From a bacterium (GTDB lineage: Bacteria; Acidobacteriota; Blastocatellia; HR10), in assembly GCA_041640655.1 (NCBI GenBank), contig JBEPZV010000014.1:1-54820 (forward strand): 54,820 nucleotides of DNA. Reading direction: 5' to 3'. Position 1 is the stretch's first letter. Every line of letters begins with the position of its first letter. The notes under the pieces were generated by a model, which saw nothing but the letters and a program-made list of their open reading frames with translations, ran no database searches and was not told the origin of the DNA. Shown piece after piece: positions 19,719 to 29,767 of this stretch. The position numbers and the translations under genes were made by a program.

Positions 19719-21112
19719 ATCGAGCGCGCGAAGTCCTTCCCGGCGAGCCGTCTCTTCCAGAGGACGTATGCCGGCAATCCTGAGAGCATGATCCCCACGC
19801 CGATGGCCGATTCGCGCGGCGCTCCCACGAACGTGCTCACCGTCAGCAGAAGCGCCAGGCCGCCGAAGAGGAGAGGAGAGAGGGGATAGCCCGGCGTGCG
19901 AAACGGTCGCTCGACGTTCGGGAATTTTCGGCGCAGGAGGAGGCATCCGATGGTCGTCACCCCGTAGAAGACCCAGGCGGCGAAGATCACGTAGGTGAAG
20001 AGCTGCTCGTAAGTGCCGCTGGCCGCCAGCAGCGACGCCCACACCGCCTGCGCCCAGATCGCCACGTGCGGGACGCGAAATCGGTCGTGAACGAGGGCGA
20101 TGCTCTTGAAGAACAACCCATCGGCGGCCATCGCGTAGAAGATGCGCGCCCCCGAGAGGATCGAACCGTTCAACGCGCCGAGGATGGAGATGAGAATGGC
20201 CAGGGAGACGATCGCCGCTCCCGGCGGGCCGAGGACGCGCTCGACGGCATCGGCGGCCACGCGCTCGCTCGCTCGGATCGCCTCAATGGGCAGCACGTAG
20301 ACGTACGCGAGATTGGCGAGCAGATAGACGAGAATGACCACGAGCGTGCCGAGCACGAGCGCGCGCGGGATCGTGCGCGCCGGATGGGCGATCTCACCGG
20401 CGACCATGTTGACGTTGTTCCATCCGTCGTACGCCCAGAGCGCGGCGACCATGGCGACGCCTATCCGCCCGAACCACGCGCCCTCCACCGCCTCCGGAGC
20501 GATGGGGCGATAATGAGCCGTCGTCCCTTCGCCGAGGAGGAACGCGAGCCCCACCAATCCCAGAATGAGCGCCACCTTGAGCGCCGTGAGCCCCGCCTGC
20601 ACGAGACCACCGAGGGCGACGCCTCGGCTGTTCACCAGCGAGAGCGCGAGGATGCACCCGATGGCCACGATCTTACCCGCCCTCTCCGAGAGGGGCAGGA
20701 AGTGGCCGAGGTAGATGGCGAAGCCGGCGGCGAGGGCGGCGATCGAACCCGTCTTGATCACCAGAAATTGCGTCCAGCCGTAGAGGAAGCCCCAGAGCGG
20801 ACCATACGCGAGGCGCAAATAGACATACTCACCGCCAACGCGGGAGAACGCCGCTCCCAACTCCGCATAGGTGAGCGCGCCCAAGAACGAGAGACCTCCG
20901 GCGAGGATCCACACGGCGAAGACCATTCCCGGCGTCTCCACCTGGCGCGCGATCGTATTCGGGACGATGAAGATGCCCGTCCCGATGATCGTCCCCACGA
21001 TGATCGCGCTCGCTTCCACCAGGCCGAGTCGGCGCTGCAGCTTCCCGTCATCCGCGCGAACGTCCACCGCTGCTCCCTCCAGCGCTATGGTCGTTCCTCC
21101 AGCGTCACCCAT
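19715..21112 (-). CDS. APC-family amino acid permease (LAT/SteT-like)
   Basis: 'GTIIGTGIF', 'YAELG', 'GGEYVY', 'WAYDGW', about 12 TM segments. Confidence 0.94.
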   Translation of the reverse strand: MGDAGGTTIALEGAAVDVRADDGKLQRRLGLVEASAIIVGTIIGTGIFIVPNTIARQVETPGMVFAVWILAGGLSFLGALTYAELGAAFSRVGGEYVYLRLAYGPLWGFLYGWTQFLVIKTGSIAALAAGFAIYLGHFLPLSERAGKIVAIGCILALSLVNSRGVALGGLVQAGLTALKVALILGLVGLAFLLGEGTTAHYRPIAPEAVEGAWFGRIGVAMVAALWAYDGWNNVNMVAGEIAHPARTIPRALVLGTLVVILVYLLANLAYVYVLPIEAIRASERVAADAVERVLGPPGAAIVSLAILISILGALNGSILSGARIFYAMAADGLFFKSIALVHDRFRVPHVAIWAQAVWASLLAASGTYEQLFTYVIFAAWVFYGVTTIGCLLLRRKFPNVERPFRTPGYPLSPLLFGGLALLLTVSTFVGAPRESAIGVGIMLSGLPAYVLWKRRLAGKDFARSI

Positions 21113-23148
21113 CCCTTCGCCCTCAGCTCGTTCACGAACGCTTCGATGTCCGTCGGCGTCACCCCCTCGGATTCGGCGAGCGCGGCCCAGTAGAGATGGG
21201 CGAGGCTCCGCTCACCATCAATGAGGTTTTTGATGAGCGTCGAGCGCTGCGGTCCCAAACGCGGGGAGTCGAAGTCGAGCCACGCGCGAAATCCCGGCCC
21301 GAGCGGGAGCGTGCGCCTGGGGATGAGCCGGTAGAGGCGCATCTCCTCGGCCTCCGGTTCCAGCTCCTTGGGGGCGACATCGAGCATCCGGCACATGCGC
21401 TCATACTGCTCCGTCAGTAGCCGAACGGCGGCTTCCTGGAGGGCGAACAGATGCCAGACGAAGCTCGATTCGTGTTTGAGTGCGGCGACGGGTTCGGACG
21501 TCCCCTCGGCCACCGCGAGCTTGGCGAGCGACGCGAGGATCCGACCCTCGCGCTCGTAAGCGTGCTGCAGGATGTGATACGCGCGCTTGAACCGCACGTG
21601 GATGTCCTCGCGCGTGCCCTCGGCGATCCACCGCAGCGCGCGCGCTTCGGCTTCGCCGAGGCGTCCGGCTCCCCCCTCCCGCACCTCGGCGAGGAGTGTG
21701 GGCAGATCGCGCGCCGTCATGTTGGCCAGAAAGAGACCGCAGGCGGCGCCGAGAAAGACCATGCGCTTGAGCGCCGTGGGGTCCAGATGCTCGACCGTGT
21801 CCTCGCTCGTGTGAATGTATCGCGGCGAGGGTGCCGCCACGCTGATCGAGGGGACATCAATGCCGCCGGTCTCGAAGACGAGATGATCTGAAAGCGGCGC
21901 GTAAGGCCAGAAATGGAGGGTGAACGGATCGCGCGTTCCCTCCGGGGCGACAAAGAGCGGCGAGGGCGCCCGAGAGACGGGAGCCAAATCCGAAGCCAAG
22001 CGCGCGATCGCGCGGATGAGATCGTCCGCAAAGGTCCCCATCCATATCGGTTGACCAATAGCGATGAAGTCCGTGCGCCCGTGACGATCCCCGCCGGCTT
22101 GGTCAATATTGATGTTGGCCAGAAGGCGCCGCGCCTCTTCGGGATGGGCGAAGAAGTAGTGGTACGTGCTCTCGATCTCCGTCACCCACCAGAAGCGGAT
22201 CGTCCGAAGTGGAGGGGCCATCTTCCCCTGACGGATGAGCGTCTGCAGCACGCGCGCGATCTCCAGAAGGACAGCGCTTCCAGACGCATTATCGTTGGCT
22301 CCCGGCGCGGGGTGATCGAGATGAGCTGTGAAGACGATGTCCTGGTCGCGGATCCGCGTGCCGGGGAGCGCGGCGACGACCATCTTCACGTGAGCGGGCC
22401 AGTGCAAATTCACCTGAAGGTGGACGCGCACGCGCAGCCGTTCGCCGCGCGCGAGGCGGTCGCGCAGGATGCGGCCGCGCGCGGGCGAGATCATGAAGGC
22501 GAACCCCGCGGCGCCTGCTCGCGCGCGCTCCGGGGAGAGGCGCCCCCAGGCGACGGCGTCCTCCGAGGACGCGATGCCGAAGAATTCGCTCCGCGCGTCG
22601 GAGACGAGACCGAGCGCCCCATGCCGCGCGATCGCCAGGGGCTCGACCTCATGCGGCGGACCGCTGGCCAGTACGATCTTGCCCCGCACGTCGCGATCGC
22701 GATACTCGGCCTCGCTCGTTCCCGCGCCGACCGAGATGAGCTCCGCTTCCACCTGAGCGTCACGGCTATACTGCGCGACGGAGAGAGGGGTCTCCGAGGC
22801 ATCTGCGATCTTCACCGGCTCCGCGTCGAGCAGCCACAATTCGCCGCGTCGCACATCCCAGGCCGGGACATCGGTCGGAAAGCTCAGGATGCGCACGTCG
22901 GTCAAGCCCACGGCGCGCGCGCGTTCGGCCACGATCTCCGCCGCGCGATCGAACCCCTGAGAGGCCGGATATCGGGGGAGCGCGGCCAACACCGCCGCCG
23001 CCTCCCGGGCCCGTTCGCCAGAAGCTTCGGTGAGAAGCTGCTCGACCAGCTCCGACGGCAGAAGCGATGGACGCGAGACCGCTCCGGCGCGATCAAGCAG
23101 GCCCACCATCAGGAGGATCGGGAGCAGGTGTCGCCCACAGCGCCTCAT
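21085..23148 (-). CDS. Exported M28-family peptidase with PA domain (DUF4910-like)
   Basis: ATG 23148 coupled to the upstream stop; signal peptide; 'DVRGKIVL', 'AHLDH..GANDNASGS', 'NIDQAG', 'SDH', 'YIHTSEDT'. Confidence 0.88.
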   Translation of the reverse strand: MRRCGRHLLPILLMVGLLDRAGAVSRPSLLPSELVEQLLTEASGERAREAAAVLAALPRYPASQGFDRAAEIVAERARAVGLTDVRILSFPTDVPAWDVRRGELWLLDAEPVKIADASETPLSVAQYSRDAQVEAELISVGAGTSEAEYRDRDVRGKIVLASGPPHEVEPLAIARHGALGLVSDARSEFFGIASSEDAVAWGRLSPERARAGAAGFAFMISPARGRILRDRLARGERLRVRVHLQVNLHWPAHVKMVVAALPGTRIRDQDIVFTAHLDHPAPGANDNASGSAVLLEIARVLQTLIRQGKMAPPLRTIRFWWVTEIESTYHYFFAHPEEARRLLANINIDQAGGDRHGRTDFIAIGQPIWMGTFADDLIRAIARLASDLAPVSRAPSPLFVAPEGTRDPFTLHFWPYAPLSDHLVFETGGIDVPSISVAAPSPRYIHTSEDTVEHLDPTALKRMVFLGAACGLFLANMTARDLPTLLAEVREGGAGRLGEAEARALRWIAEGTREDIHVRFKRAYHILQHAYEREGRILASLAKLAVAEGTSEPVAALKHESSFVWHLFALQEAAVRLLTEQYERMCRMLDVAPKELEPEAEEMRLYRLIPRRTLPLGPGFRAWLDFDSPRLGPQRSTLIKNLIDGERSLAHLYWAALAESEGVTPTDIEAFVNELRAKGWVTLEERP

Positions 23149-24149
23149 GCCTCCAGCTCCGTGAGGATCGCTTCGGTGAACTCGGTCGTGGTCGCCGTTC
23201 CCCCCACATCGCGCGTGCGAATCTGGCGTTCGGCGAGCACGCGACAGAGCGCCGCGTAGATGCGATCGGCAGCCTTCACCTCGCCCAGATGTCGCAACAT
23301 CATCAACGCCGATAGGAGCATCGCTGTCGGATTGGCCACATTCTTGCCCGCGATGTCCGGCGCGCTCCCGTGCACCGCCTCGAAGACGGCGATCGTGTCT
23401 CCGAGATTCGCCCCGCCGACCACACCCAAGCCCCCCACGAGTCCGGCCGCGAGGTCCGAGATGATGTCCCCATAGAGGTTCTCCAGCAACAGAACATCGA
23501 ACTGTTGCGGATTCATCACCAGTTGCATGCAGGCGTTGTCCACGATCTTCTCCTCGATCTCGATCTCCGGATACTCGCGCGCGACGCGCCGAACGCAATC
23601 CAGGAAAAGCCCATCGGAGAGCTTCATGATGTTGGCCTTGTGAACGGCCGTCACCTTTCGCCGATTCTCCCGGCGCGCGTACTCGAAGGCGAACCGCGCG
23701 ATGCGCATCGAGGCGCGCTCGGTGATGATCTTGAGCGACTCGACGACGCCTGGCACGACGATGTGCTCGAGCCCCGAATAGAGGTCCTCAGTGTTCTCGC
23801 GCACGACGACGAGATCAACGGAGCCGAAACGCGTGGGGATGCCGGGCAGGCTGCGCACCGGACGCAGATTCGCGTAGAGGTCCAGCTCCTTGCGCAGGCG
23901 CACGTTGACGCTTGCGAAGCCCTCGCCGATGGGTGTTGTGATGGGACCTTTGAGGGCCACGCGGTTTCGCTCGATGGATTCCAAGAGCGCAAAGGGAAGG
24001 GGATCGCCGTAGCGATTGAGCGCCTGCGCGCCGGCGATATGTTCCTCCCACTGGATGGGGACACCCGCAGCGGCGAGAATCCGCACGACCGCCGCTGAGA
24101 CCTCCGGCCCAATGCCATCTCCTGGAATCAGCGTGATCGTGTAGGCCAT
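23145..24149 (-). CDS. Isocitrate/isopropylmalate dehydrogenase family, likely NAD-dependent isocitrate dehydrogenase
   Basis: 'ITLIPGDGIGPEV', 'SVNVRLRKELDLYANLRP', 'RENTEDLY', 'VHKANIMK', 'NLYGDIISD', 'FEAVHGSAPDIAG'. Confidence 0.92.
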   Translation of the reverse strand: MAYTITLIPGDGIGPEVSAAVVRILAAAGVPIQWEEHIAGAQALNRYGDPLPFALLESIERNRVALKGPITTPIGEGFASVNVRLRKELDLYANLRPVRSLPGIPTRFGSVDLVVVRENTEDLYSGLEHIVVPGVVESLKIITERASMRIARFAFEYARRENRRKVTAVHKANIMKLSDGLFLDCVRRVAREYPEIEIEEKIVDNACMQLVMNPQQFDVLLLENLYGDIISDLAAGLVGGLGVVGGANLGDTIAVFEAVHGSAPDIAGKNVANPTAMLLSALMMLRHLGEVKAADRIYAALCRVLAERQIRTRDVGGTATTTEFTEAILTELEA

Positions 24150-24179
24150 CGCTCCCGTCCTCCCGAGGATTCGCGCGCC

Positions 24180-25583
24180 TCATCGGCTCTTCGCCTCATG
24201 ACGCGGGACTTCGATCACCTGGCCTCCTTTGATGACGAGGACGACGTTGCGCAGGGCTTCCGGATCGAGCAACGGATCGCCTTCGACGATGATCAGATCA
24301 GCGAGCTTGCCGGGTTCGATCGTCCCCAACTCCTTCTCTCGGCCGAGCGCTTCGGCGCCCATCCGCGTCGCCATCTGAATGACCTCGATCGGCGGGATGC
24401 CCATGTTCGCGTAGAGGACCAGCTCCTTATAGAACTGGCCATGCGGGATGAGGTCCGACCCCGTATCCGGTCCGAGCGCGATCTTCACCCCCAGCAGGCG
24501 CGCGCGCGTGAGCGCGCGGAATGCCTCTCGCAGCGCGCGCTTCGGATCATACCCCCGCGCTCGCCAGTCGAGGACCGTGCGACGCCACTGCGCCGCGCGC
24601 TGCGTGAGCGCGCGCAGGAGTTCCGGAGGGAGTCGCGTCTGAAGCGGCGGTTCGATCAGCTCCTCGTCGTTCTTCTCCAGCGGATCCACGCGCTGCGCCT
24701 GCATCTGATAGAGCGTCGGCACGACGATGATATTGCGACGCGCCATCTCCAGAAAGAGCCGATCGTCGTAAACGCGCAGCGGCGCCATGTGCTCGATCGT
24801 GTCCACGCCCGCCATCAGGGCCAGGCGCACCGCTTCATCGTACGGGACGTCAATATGGACGGCGACGCGCAGTCCCGCCCGATGCGCCTCGCTGACGATC
24901 GCCGACAGCTCCTCGAGCGTCGGGAGAGGACGCTGACGGGTCAACCGCACCTTCACGAAATCAATCCCCTTGGCGATCTGCTCCCGGACCCTCCGTCGCG
25001 CCTCTTTCACCCCATCGAATTCGAGGAAGAGGGGGGAGGAGGACACGGCCGCGTCTCTTTTGGCGAGCTGCGGGCCGGCGGCGAAGAGCCGTGGGCCTTC
25101 GGCTTCGATCTGATCCCGCAGTTTGAGGACCAGGTCGCTCGAGCCGCAATCGCGCAGGCTCGTCACTCCGGAGAGGAGATTGAGCCGGGCGTTCTGCAGA
25201 ATGACCTGCCGGAGCTTCTCCGGCGTATCCGTGAAATTGGCATCCTGCTCGCCCAGTCCCACTCCCTCCAAATGCGCATGCGCATCAATGAGTCCGGGGA
25301 GGATGAATCGCCCCTGAGCGTCAATCACATTCACGCCGGGGGGAATGCGCACGCGCCCCCAGCGGCCCACGGCTTTGATCTTCTCGCCGGCGATGAGAAT
25401 GACCGGATTCTCAAACGGCAATGGCGTGTTCCCATCAATGAGCCATCCACCGATGAGCGCCAGCGTGACCTCGGCTCCCGCCTCGTCGCTCGCGCGTCGA
25501 GGGTTCGGCCATGGGAGCATGCCCAGCCCGAGCAGCACGAGGATCGAGAGCGTTCGGACGCACCCTCTCATCGTTCCGGCCAC
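24180..25583 (-). CDS. Exported amidohydrolase-family protein
   Basis: Signal peptide; 'PGLIDAHAH', 'FVKV', 'AVH', 'TIEH', 'GPDTG', 'GTIEPGKLADLII'. Confidence 0.9.
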   Translation of the reverse strand: MAGTMRGCVRTLSILVLLGLGMLPWPNPRRASDEAGAEVTLALIGGWLIDGNTPLPFENPVILIAGEKIKAVGRWGRVRIPPGVNVIDAQGRFILPGLIDAHAHLEGVGLGEQDANFTDTPEKLRQVILQNARLNLLSGVTSLRDCGSSDLVLKLRDQIEAEGPRLFAAGPQLAKRDAAVSSSPLFLEFDGVKEARRRVREQIAKGIDFVKVRLTRQRPLPTLEELSAIVSEAHRAGLRVAVHIDVPYDEAVRLALMAGVDTIEHMAPLRVYDDRLFLEMARRNIIVVPTLYQMQAQRVDPLEKNDEELIEPPLQTRLPPELLRALTQRAAQWRRTVLDWRARGYDPKRALREAFRALTRARLLGVKIALGPDTGSDLIPHGQFYKELVLYANMGIPPIEVIQMATRMGAEALGREKELGTIEPGKLADLIIVEGDPLLDPEALRNVVLVIKGGQVIEVPRHEAKSR

Positions 25584-25987
25584 GGGATCACCGCCTCCGC
25601 CAGGCGAACCGCCAGGATCGTGCCTTCGATCGCCTTGCGGGCGTCTTCCACGGTGTATTCCTCAGTCGGGATGAAATCGAGGTCCCCGGAGCAGGAGAGC
25701 TCGCGCTCCTTGCGGAGCCATTTCGAGATGGCCGCCGCCTCTTCGATGTGCGCGAGAACAGGTTCGGGAAACCGATCGCGGTGCTCCGGCAGAAGCCCTC
25801 CTACATCGCGCCAGTGGGGGGGTTCAATGCCCACGTGCCGCAGCATCCCTTTCAAGGCCAGCTCCACGATCTCCTGCGCCTCGCGAATGGCGTCCGAATA
25901 GGCGGCCTCGCTCATGAGAACATCCAGGATCTTCAATCGCTTCTTGGCCTTGATCAGATAGCTCTGGGCGAGCGAGATGTTCGTCAT
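25568..25987 (-). CDS. HEPN-domain protein (partner of MNT)
   Basis: 'AYSDAIREAQEIVELALKG...EPPHWRDVG...WLRKERELS..GD'; ATG 25987 overlaps the MNT stop. Confidence 0.85.
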   Translation of the reverse strand: MTNISLAQSYLIKAKKRLKILDVLMSEAAYSDAIREAQEIVELALKGMLRHVGIEPPHWRDVGGLLPEHRDRFPEPVLAHIEEAAAISKWLRKERELSCSGDLDFIPTEEYTVEDARKAIEGTILAVRLAEAVIPWPER

Positions 25988-26538
25988 AGCTCGAAGATCT
26001 CTCCCGGGCGATAATCGGGTTTCAGGTCCCAATACCACCGGTCCCCCTGCACGATGCGTTTCGCCCCGAGCCTTCGAAGACGCTCGGCGAAGTCCTGCAG
26101 AACGCGCGCGAAGAAGTGATCCCGGTCATAGAGGAGGCGCACATCGAAGACCATGTCGAGGAAGAGAGGGCTCCCGGCGCGCACCTCATCGGGCGTCTTC
26201 AGAATCGGGGAGAGGCATGTATGGATCCCTGCTTGTGCCATTTGACGCAGATCGGGGGCGAGTCGGTCCTCAACCTGTGCGCACTCCGCGAGTCGCCTCG
26301 TCCTCCCTCTGGGCAGGGGCGCAGCGATGAGCAGCAGATCCACATCGGACTCGGCCGTGGCCGTTCCGCGCGCCACCGAACCGAAGACGGCCAGCGTGAT
26401 CAAACGTTCGGCATACATGCCCAGGACAGCTTCCAGGCGCCGGGCCAGCAGCGCCTCGAAGAGCGTGCACGTCGGGGAGGACGCGACGTTCGCCTCGCGC
26501 GCCGTGCTCGATTCGTGCTTTGTCTCCTCCACTCGCAT
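25984..26538 (-). CDS. Minimal nucleotidyltransferase (MNT) domain protein
   Basis: 'VFGSVARGTATAESDVDLL' (GS-x10-DxD); directly upstream of HEPN; start uncertain. Confidence 0.88.
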   Translation of the reverse strand: MRVEETKHESSTAREANVASSPTCTLFEALLARRLEAVLGMYAERLITLAVFGSVARGTATAESDVDLLLIAAPLPRGRTRRLAECAQVEDRLAPDLRQMAQAGIHTCLSPILKTPDEVRAGSPLFLDMVFDVRLLYDRDHFFARVLQDFAERLRRLGAKRIVQGDRWYWDLKPDYRPGEIFEL

Positions 26539-26686
26539 GGCATCGCCATTGTACAGCAGCCTTTGCTAGAATAGCCAGTCGCTCGCGAGACGCGGGCAGG
26601 ACGAGGGATCGCGGAGCATATGAGCGAGGCGTCGTGAGCGAAGCGATCACTCGGCGCATGAGAACACGGAGGTTCGGTGAGAGGCG

Positions 26687-27565
26687 ATGGCGCTTCCGAA
26701 GCGAGACGGAGCGCGGCCGCTCTTTCGGGTCTTCCTCCTGACGAGCGGGTACATGGTCGTGGAGGCCGTCGGAGGGTGGCTGACCAATAGTCTTGCCCTT
26801 TTGGCCGACGCCGGGCACATGCTCACGGATGTGGCAGCACTGGCTCTAGCTCTGGGGGCGATGTGGATGTGCGAGCGGAGCGCTCCCCCGGAGAAGACCT
26901 ATGGCTACTATCGGCTCGAGATCCTGGCGGCTTTGCTGAACGCCGTCATCCTGATCGTCATCTCGCTCGCCATCGTCTACGAAGCCTATGAGCGAGTACA
27001 GCAGCCGCCGCAGGTGCGCGGTCGGGAGATGATGGTGATCGCCTTGGGTGGGCTCCTGGTCAATGGCCTCGGGGCGGCGTTCTTGCATCGCGCGCGCCAC
27101 GAGAGCCTGAACGTGCGGGGGGCGTTCCTGCATGTCCTGAGCGATGGCCTGGGCTCGATCGGCGCCCTGGTGGCAGGGGGGCTCATCTGGGCGAGGGGGT
27201 GGTATCTCGCCGATCCCGCGATCAGCTTCATGACGGCCGGGCTGATCATCGTGTGCGCGTGGCGACTGCTCAAGGAGGCCGTCAATATCCTGATGGAGGC
27301 GACGCCCGCGCATATTGACATTGCAGGTGTGGAGCGCGCGATCCGAAGCATTCCGGGAATCCGCGATGTCCACGATCTCCATGTCTGGACGATCACCTCG
27401 GGGAAAGATGCGCTGAGCGCCCATGTCATCCTGGCCGATGATCATGTCTCCCCCAAGGACGTCCTGCACGGGATTCGCGTGCGGTTGCGGGAGGCCTACG
27501 GGATTGAGCACGTGACGATCCAGATCGAGACGCCCGATTTCGAGGAGGAGGAGATTCACTTCTGA
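26687..27565 (+). CDS. Cation diffusion facilitator (CzcD/ZitB-like Zn/Co/Cd exporter)
   Basis: 'SLALLADAGHMLTD', 'TYGYYRLE', 'NVRGAFLHVLSD', 'HDLHVWTI'; TGnTAGAAT at 26564-26572. Confidence 0.95.
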   Translation: MALPKRDGARPLFRVFLLTSGYMVVEAVGGWLTNSLALLADAGHMLTDVAALALALGAMWMCERSAPPEKTYGYYRLEILAALLNAVILIVISLAIVYEAYERVQQPPQVRGREMMVIALGGLLVNGLGAAFLHRARHESLNVRGAFLHVLSDGLGSIGALVAGGLIWARGWYLADPAISFMTAGLIIVCAWRLLKEAVNILMEATPAHIDIAGVERAIRSIPGIRDVHDLHVWTITSGKDALSAHVILADDHVSPKDVLHGIRVRLREAYGIEHVTIQIETPDFEEEEIHF

Positions 27566-27584
27566 GCGGGGAGGCGAGGTCGCA

Positions 27585-27614
27585 TTGACCGCTTTCGGTC
27601 GTCGGTGATACAAT
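27585..27614 (+). promoter_or_regulatory. Sigma70 promoter of ssrA
   Basis: TTGACC-N18-TACAAT with TGn extension, ending 12 nt upstream of the tmRNA 5' end. Confidence 0.7.
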
Positions 27615-27626
27615 CACCCGTGGTTT

Positions 27627-27983
27627 GGGGGTGATATGGGTTCGACGGGGGTCAAGAGGCGACGAGGAGCATGCCGGGCACCGTGCCGGCCCGTGAGAGG
27701 CACGGAAAAAAACAACTGCCAACGTGCAGTACGCTCAGGCCGCGTGAGCGCGGCCTCGTTCCCCCTCGCCTCGCCCGCGGGTGAGGAGTGGAGCGTCACC
27801 CCAGACGGGCTCGGTCCGCGCGAAGGATCGGCGCGCGCGGGCGACGCGTGAGGCCGATCTAGTCGCGCGAGGCGCACGTCGCCTCGCCTCCTCGCGCGAC
27901 GAAGGACAGAGAGGCGACTAAGCATGTAGAACCTCGCGCCGGAAGGCCCTCGGACAGCGGTTCGATTCCGCTCACCTCCACCA
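27627..27983 (+). ncRNA. ssrA: tmRNA; tag peptide (A)ANVQYAQAA* at 27718-27747
   Basis: 5' GGGGGTG pairs with 3' CACCTCC-ACCA with a G3.U pair; 'GGTTCGAC' near the 5' end; T-arm 'GCGGTTCGATTCCGC'; internal short ORF ending in Ala-Ala-stop. Confidence 0.97.
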
Positions 27984-28007
27984 TTTTTCATGTCTTGGGG
28001 CAGCGCC

Positions 28008-28463
28008 ATGTTCGACGAACTCTTCTCCTCGGCGCCAAGGAGCGCAGCGGAGAGGGCCTCCAAGCTCGAACGGCTCGCGGAGATCCAGGATGAGCTGGAG
28101 CGGCTCATTGATGTGCGGAAGCGACTCATGGAACGGCTCGCCCGCATGCGAAGCGAGCTGGAAGGGCATCGCCGAGAGAGCCTCGATATCCGGATGCGGA
28201 CGATGGAGCTGGTGAATCGCATCCGACGGCGCTTGCAGGAATCCCCCGGCAGCTCGATCACTCCGGAAGAGGAGCGCATGCTCGCCGAGCTGGAGGCATG
28301 GCAGCAGCGCCTGGAGCGAGACATCGCCGATCTGGAACAGCGGGTGAAGGTCGCGGCCTTCGAGTCGGAGAGCCTCGAAGCCACGCTGAACGAATTGCGC
28401 GAGCAGGCCGATGCGATCGCGGCCGAGCTGGAGCAAGAGGAAGGGTTCTCCGAGAAGCATTGA
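28008..28463 (+). CDS. Hypothetical coiled-coil protein (alternative ATG 27990)
   Basis: Two long heptad-rich Glu/Arg helices separated by 'SPGSSITP'; stop 6 nt before rph. Confidence 0.7.
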   Translation: MFDELFSSAPRSAAERASKLERLAEIQDELERLIDVRKRLMERLARMRSELEGHRRESLDIRMRTMELVNRIRRRLQESPGSSITPEEERMLAELEAWQQRLERDIADLEQRVKVAAFESESLEATLNELREQADAIAAELEQEEGFSEKH

Positions 28464-28469
28464 ACGCCG

Positions 28470-29261
28470 ATGGACGAGACGGTGCTTCGTCGTGACGGAC
28501 GTCGCCCGGACATGCTGCGCCCGATCCGCATCTTCCCCGACTTCCTCAAGTTCGCCGAAGGGTCGGTCCTGATCGAGTGCGGCGATACGAAGGTCATCTG
28601 CGCGGCGAGCGTGGAGGAGCGCGTTCCGCCCTTTCTGCGCGGCACGGGGAGGGGGTGGATCACGGCCGAATATGCCATGCTGCCGCGCGCGACCGAGACG
28701 CGTACGCCCCGCGAGACGGCGCGCACACAGCCTTCCGGGCGCACGCAGGAGATCCAGCGCTTGATCGGGCGCAGCCTTCGGGCTGTCGTGGACCTGACGA
28801 AACTCGGCGAACGAACGATCCTCATTGACTGCGACGTCGTTCAGGCCGATGGGGGGACGCGAACGGCCTCGATCTCGGGGGCCTTCGTCGCCTTGGTCTT
28901 CGCCCTGCGGCGCTTGCAAGAGGCGGGCGTGATCGTCGAGTGGCCCGTGCGCGATTACGTGGCGGCTGTCAGTGTGGGGATCGTGGAGGGAACGCCCATG
29001 CTCGATCTGCGCTATGAGGAGGATAGCCGAGCCGCCGTGGATATGAATGTCGTGGGCACGGGCGACGGCCGGTTCGTGGAGATTCAGGGGACGGCCGAGA
29101 GTGAGCCCTTCACCGAGGAGCAACTGCGGCACCTGCTCGCGCTCGCGCGCCAGGGCGTGGCTCAGGTGATCGAGATTCAAAAGGCCGTCATCGGCCCGTT
29201 ATGGGGGAAGGAACCGCTCCTCCCCGAGCGGGAGGGCGCATCATCCGTCCACGAGCCATGA
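28470..29261 (+). CDS. rph: Ribonuclease PH
   Basis: 'RRDGR', 'AEGSVLI', '[11 protein letters not shown]', '[11 protein letters not shown]', '[16 protein letters not shown]', 'VEIQGTAE'. Confidence 0.98.
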   Translation: MDETVLRRDGRRPDMLRPIRIFPDFLKFAEGSVLIECGDTKVICAASVEERVPPFLRGTGRGWITAEYAMLPRATETRTPRETARTQPSGRTQEIQRLIGRSLRAVVDLTKLGERTILIDCDVVQADGGTRTASISGAFVALVFALRRLQEAGVIVEWPVRDYVAAVSVGIVEGTPMLDLRYEEDSRAAVDMNVVGTGDGRFVEIQGTAESEPFTEEQLRHLLALARQGVAQVIEIQKAVIGPLWGKEPLLPEREGASSVHEP

Positions 29262-29767
29262 GAGCTCTGATCCTTCTCATCGCTTCTGCTCTCGCGCTCC
29301 CGGGGCAAGCGCCCGAAGAGCGCCCATTCCACGACCCGGAAGGGCGATACCAACTCGTCTTGCGCGATCGCTGGGAGCCGGTGACCTATCAGGATGGGGC
29401 CGGGAATACCGTGACCGACATCGTCTACGGGAGCAGTGAGGAGGGCGTGTTGCGCATCCGGCAGTTCAAAGTCGAGCCGGGCGTATCGCCCCGCGCCTTC
29501 GCCGAGCGGGAGGAGGAGATCTCCCTGCGCTTTCGTCCCGGATATTTGCGCGGAGCGATCGAGTCATTCGGCGGCGTGTATCCGGAGAGCGTCGTCTTCA
29601 ACTTCGAGTTCACTCGTCGCGGGCAGAAGAAGGTGGCGCGGTACTACGTCTTCAAGACGGATGAGACGACGATCTACGTCCTGCAGTTCGAGGGGCGTCC
29701 AGATGTCATTCGGTCCACGCGGAATCGTTTGGACCTCATCGCTCGGAGCTTTCGAGCGCGCTCCTGA
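29258..29767 (+). CDS. Hypothetical exported protein (possibly PsbP/Mog1-like fold)
   Basis: ATGA-coupled; signal peptide [14 protein letters not shown]; '[10 protein letters not shown]...W', C-terminal 'DLIARSFR'. Confidence 0.7.
   Translation: MRALILLIASALALPGQAPEERPFHDPEGRYQLVLRDRWEPVTYQDGAGNTVTDIVYGSSEEGVLRIRQFKVEPGVSPRAFAEREEEISLRFRPGYLRGAIESFGGVYPESVVFNFEFTRRGQKKVARYYVFKTDETTIYVLQFEGRPDVIRSTRNRLDLIARSFRARS

Noticed and set aside
27960..28470. Prophage or island integrated at ssrA
   Set aside because: No integrase, no duplicated tmRNA 3' end seen, and housekeeping genes follow directly.
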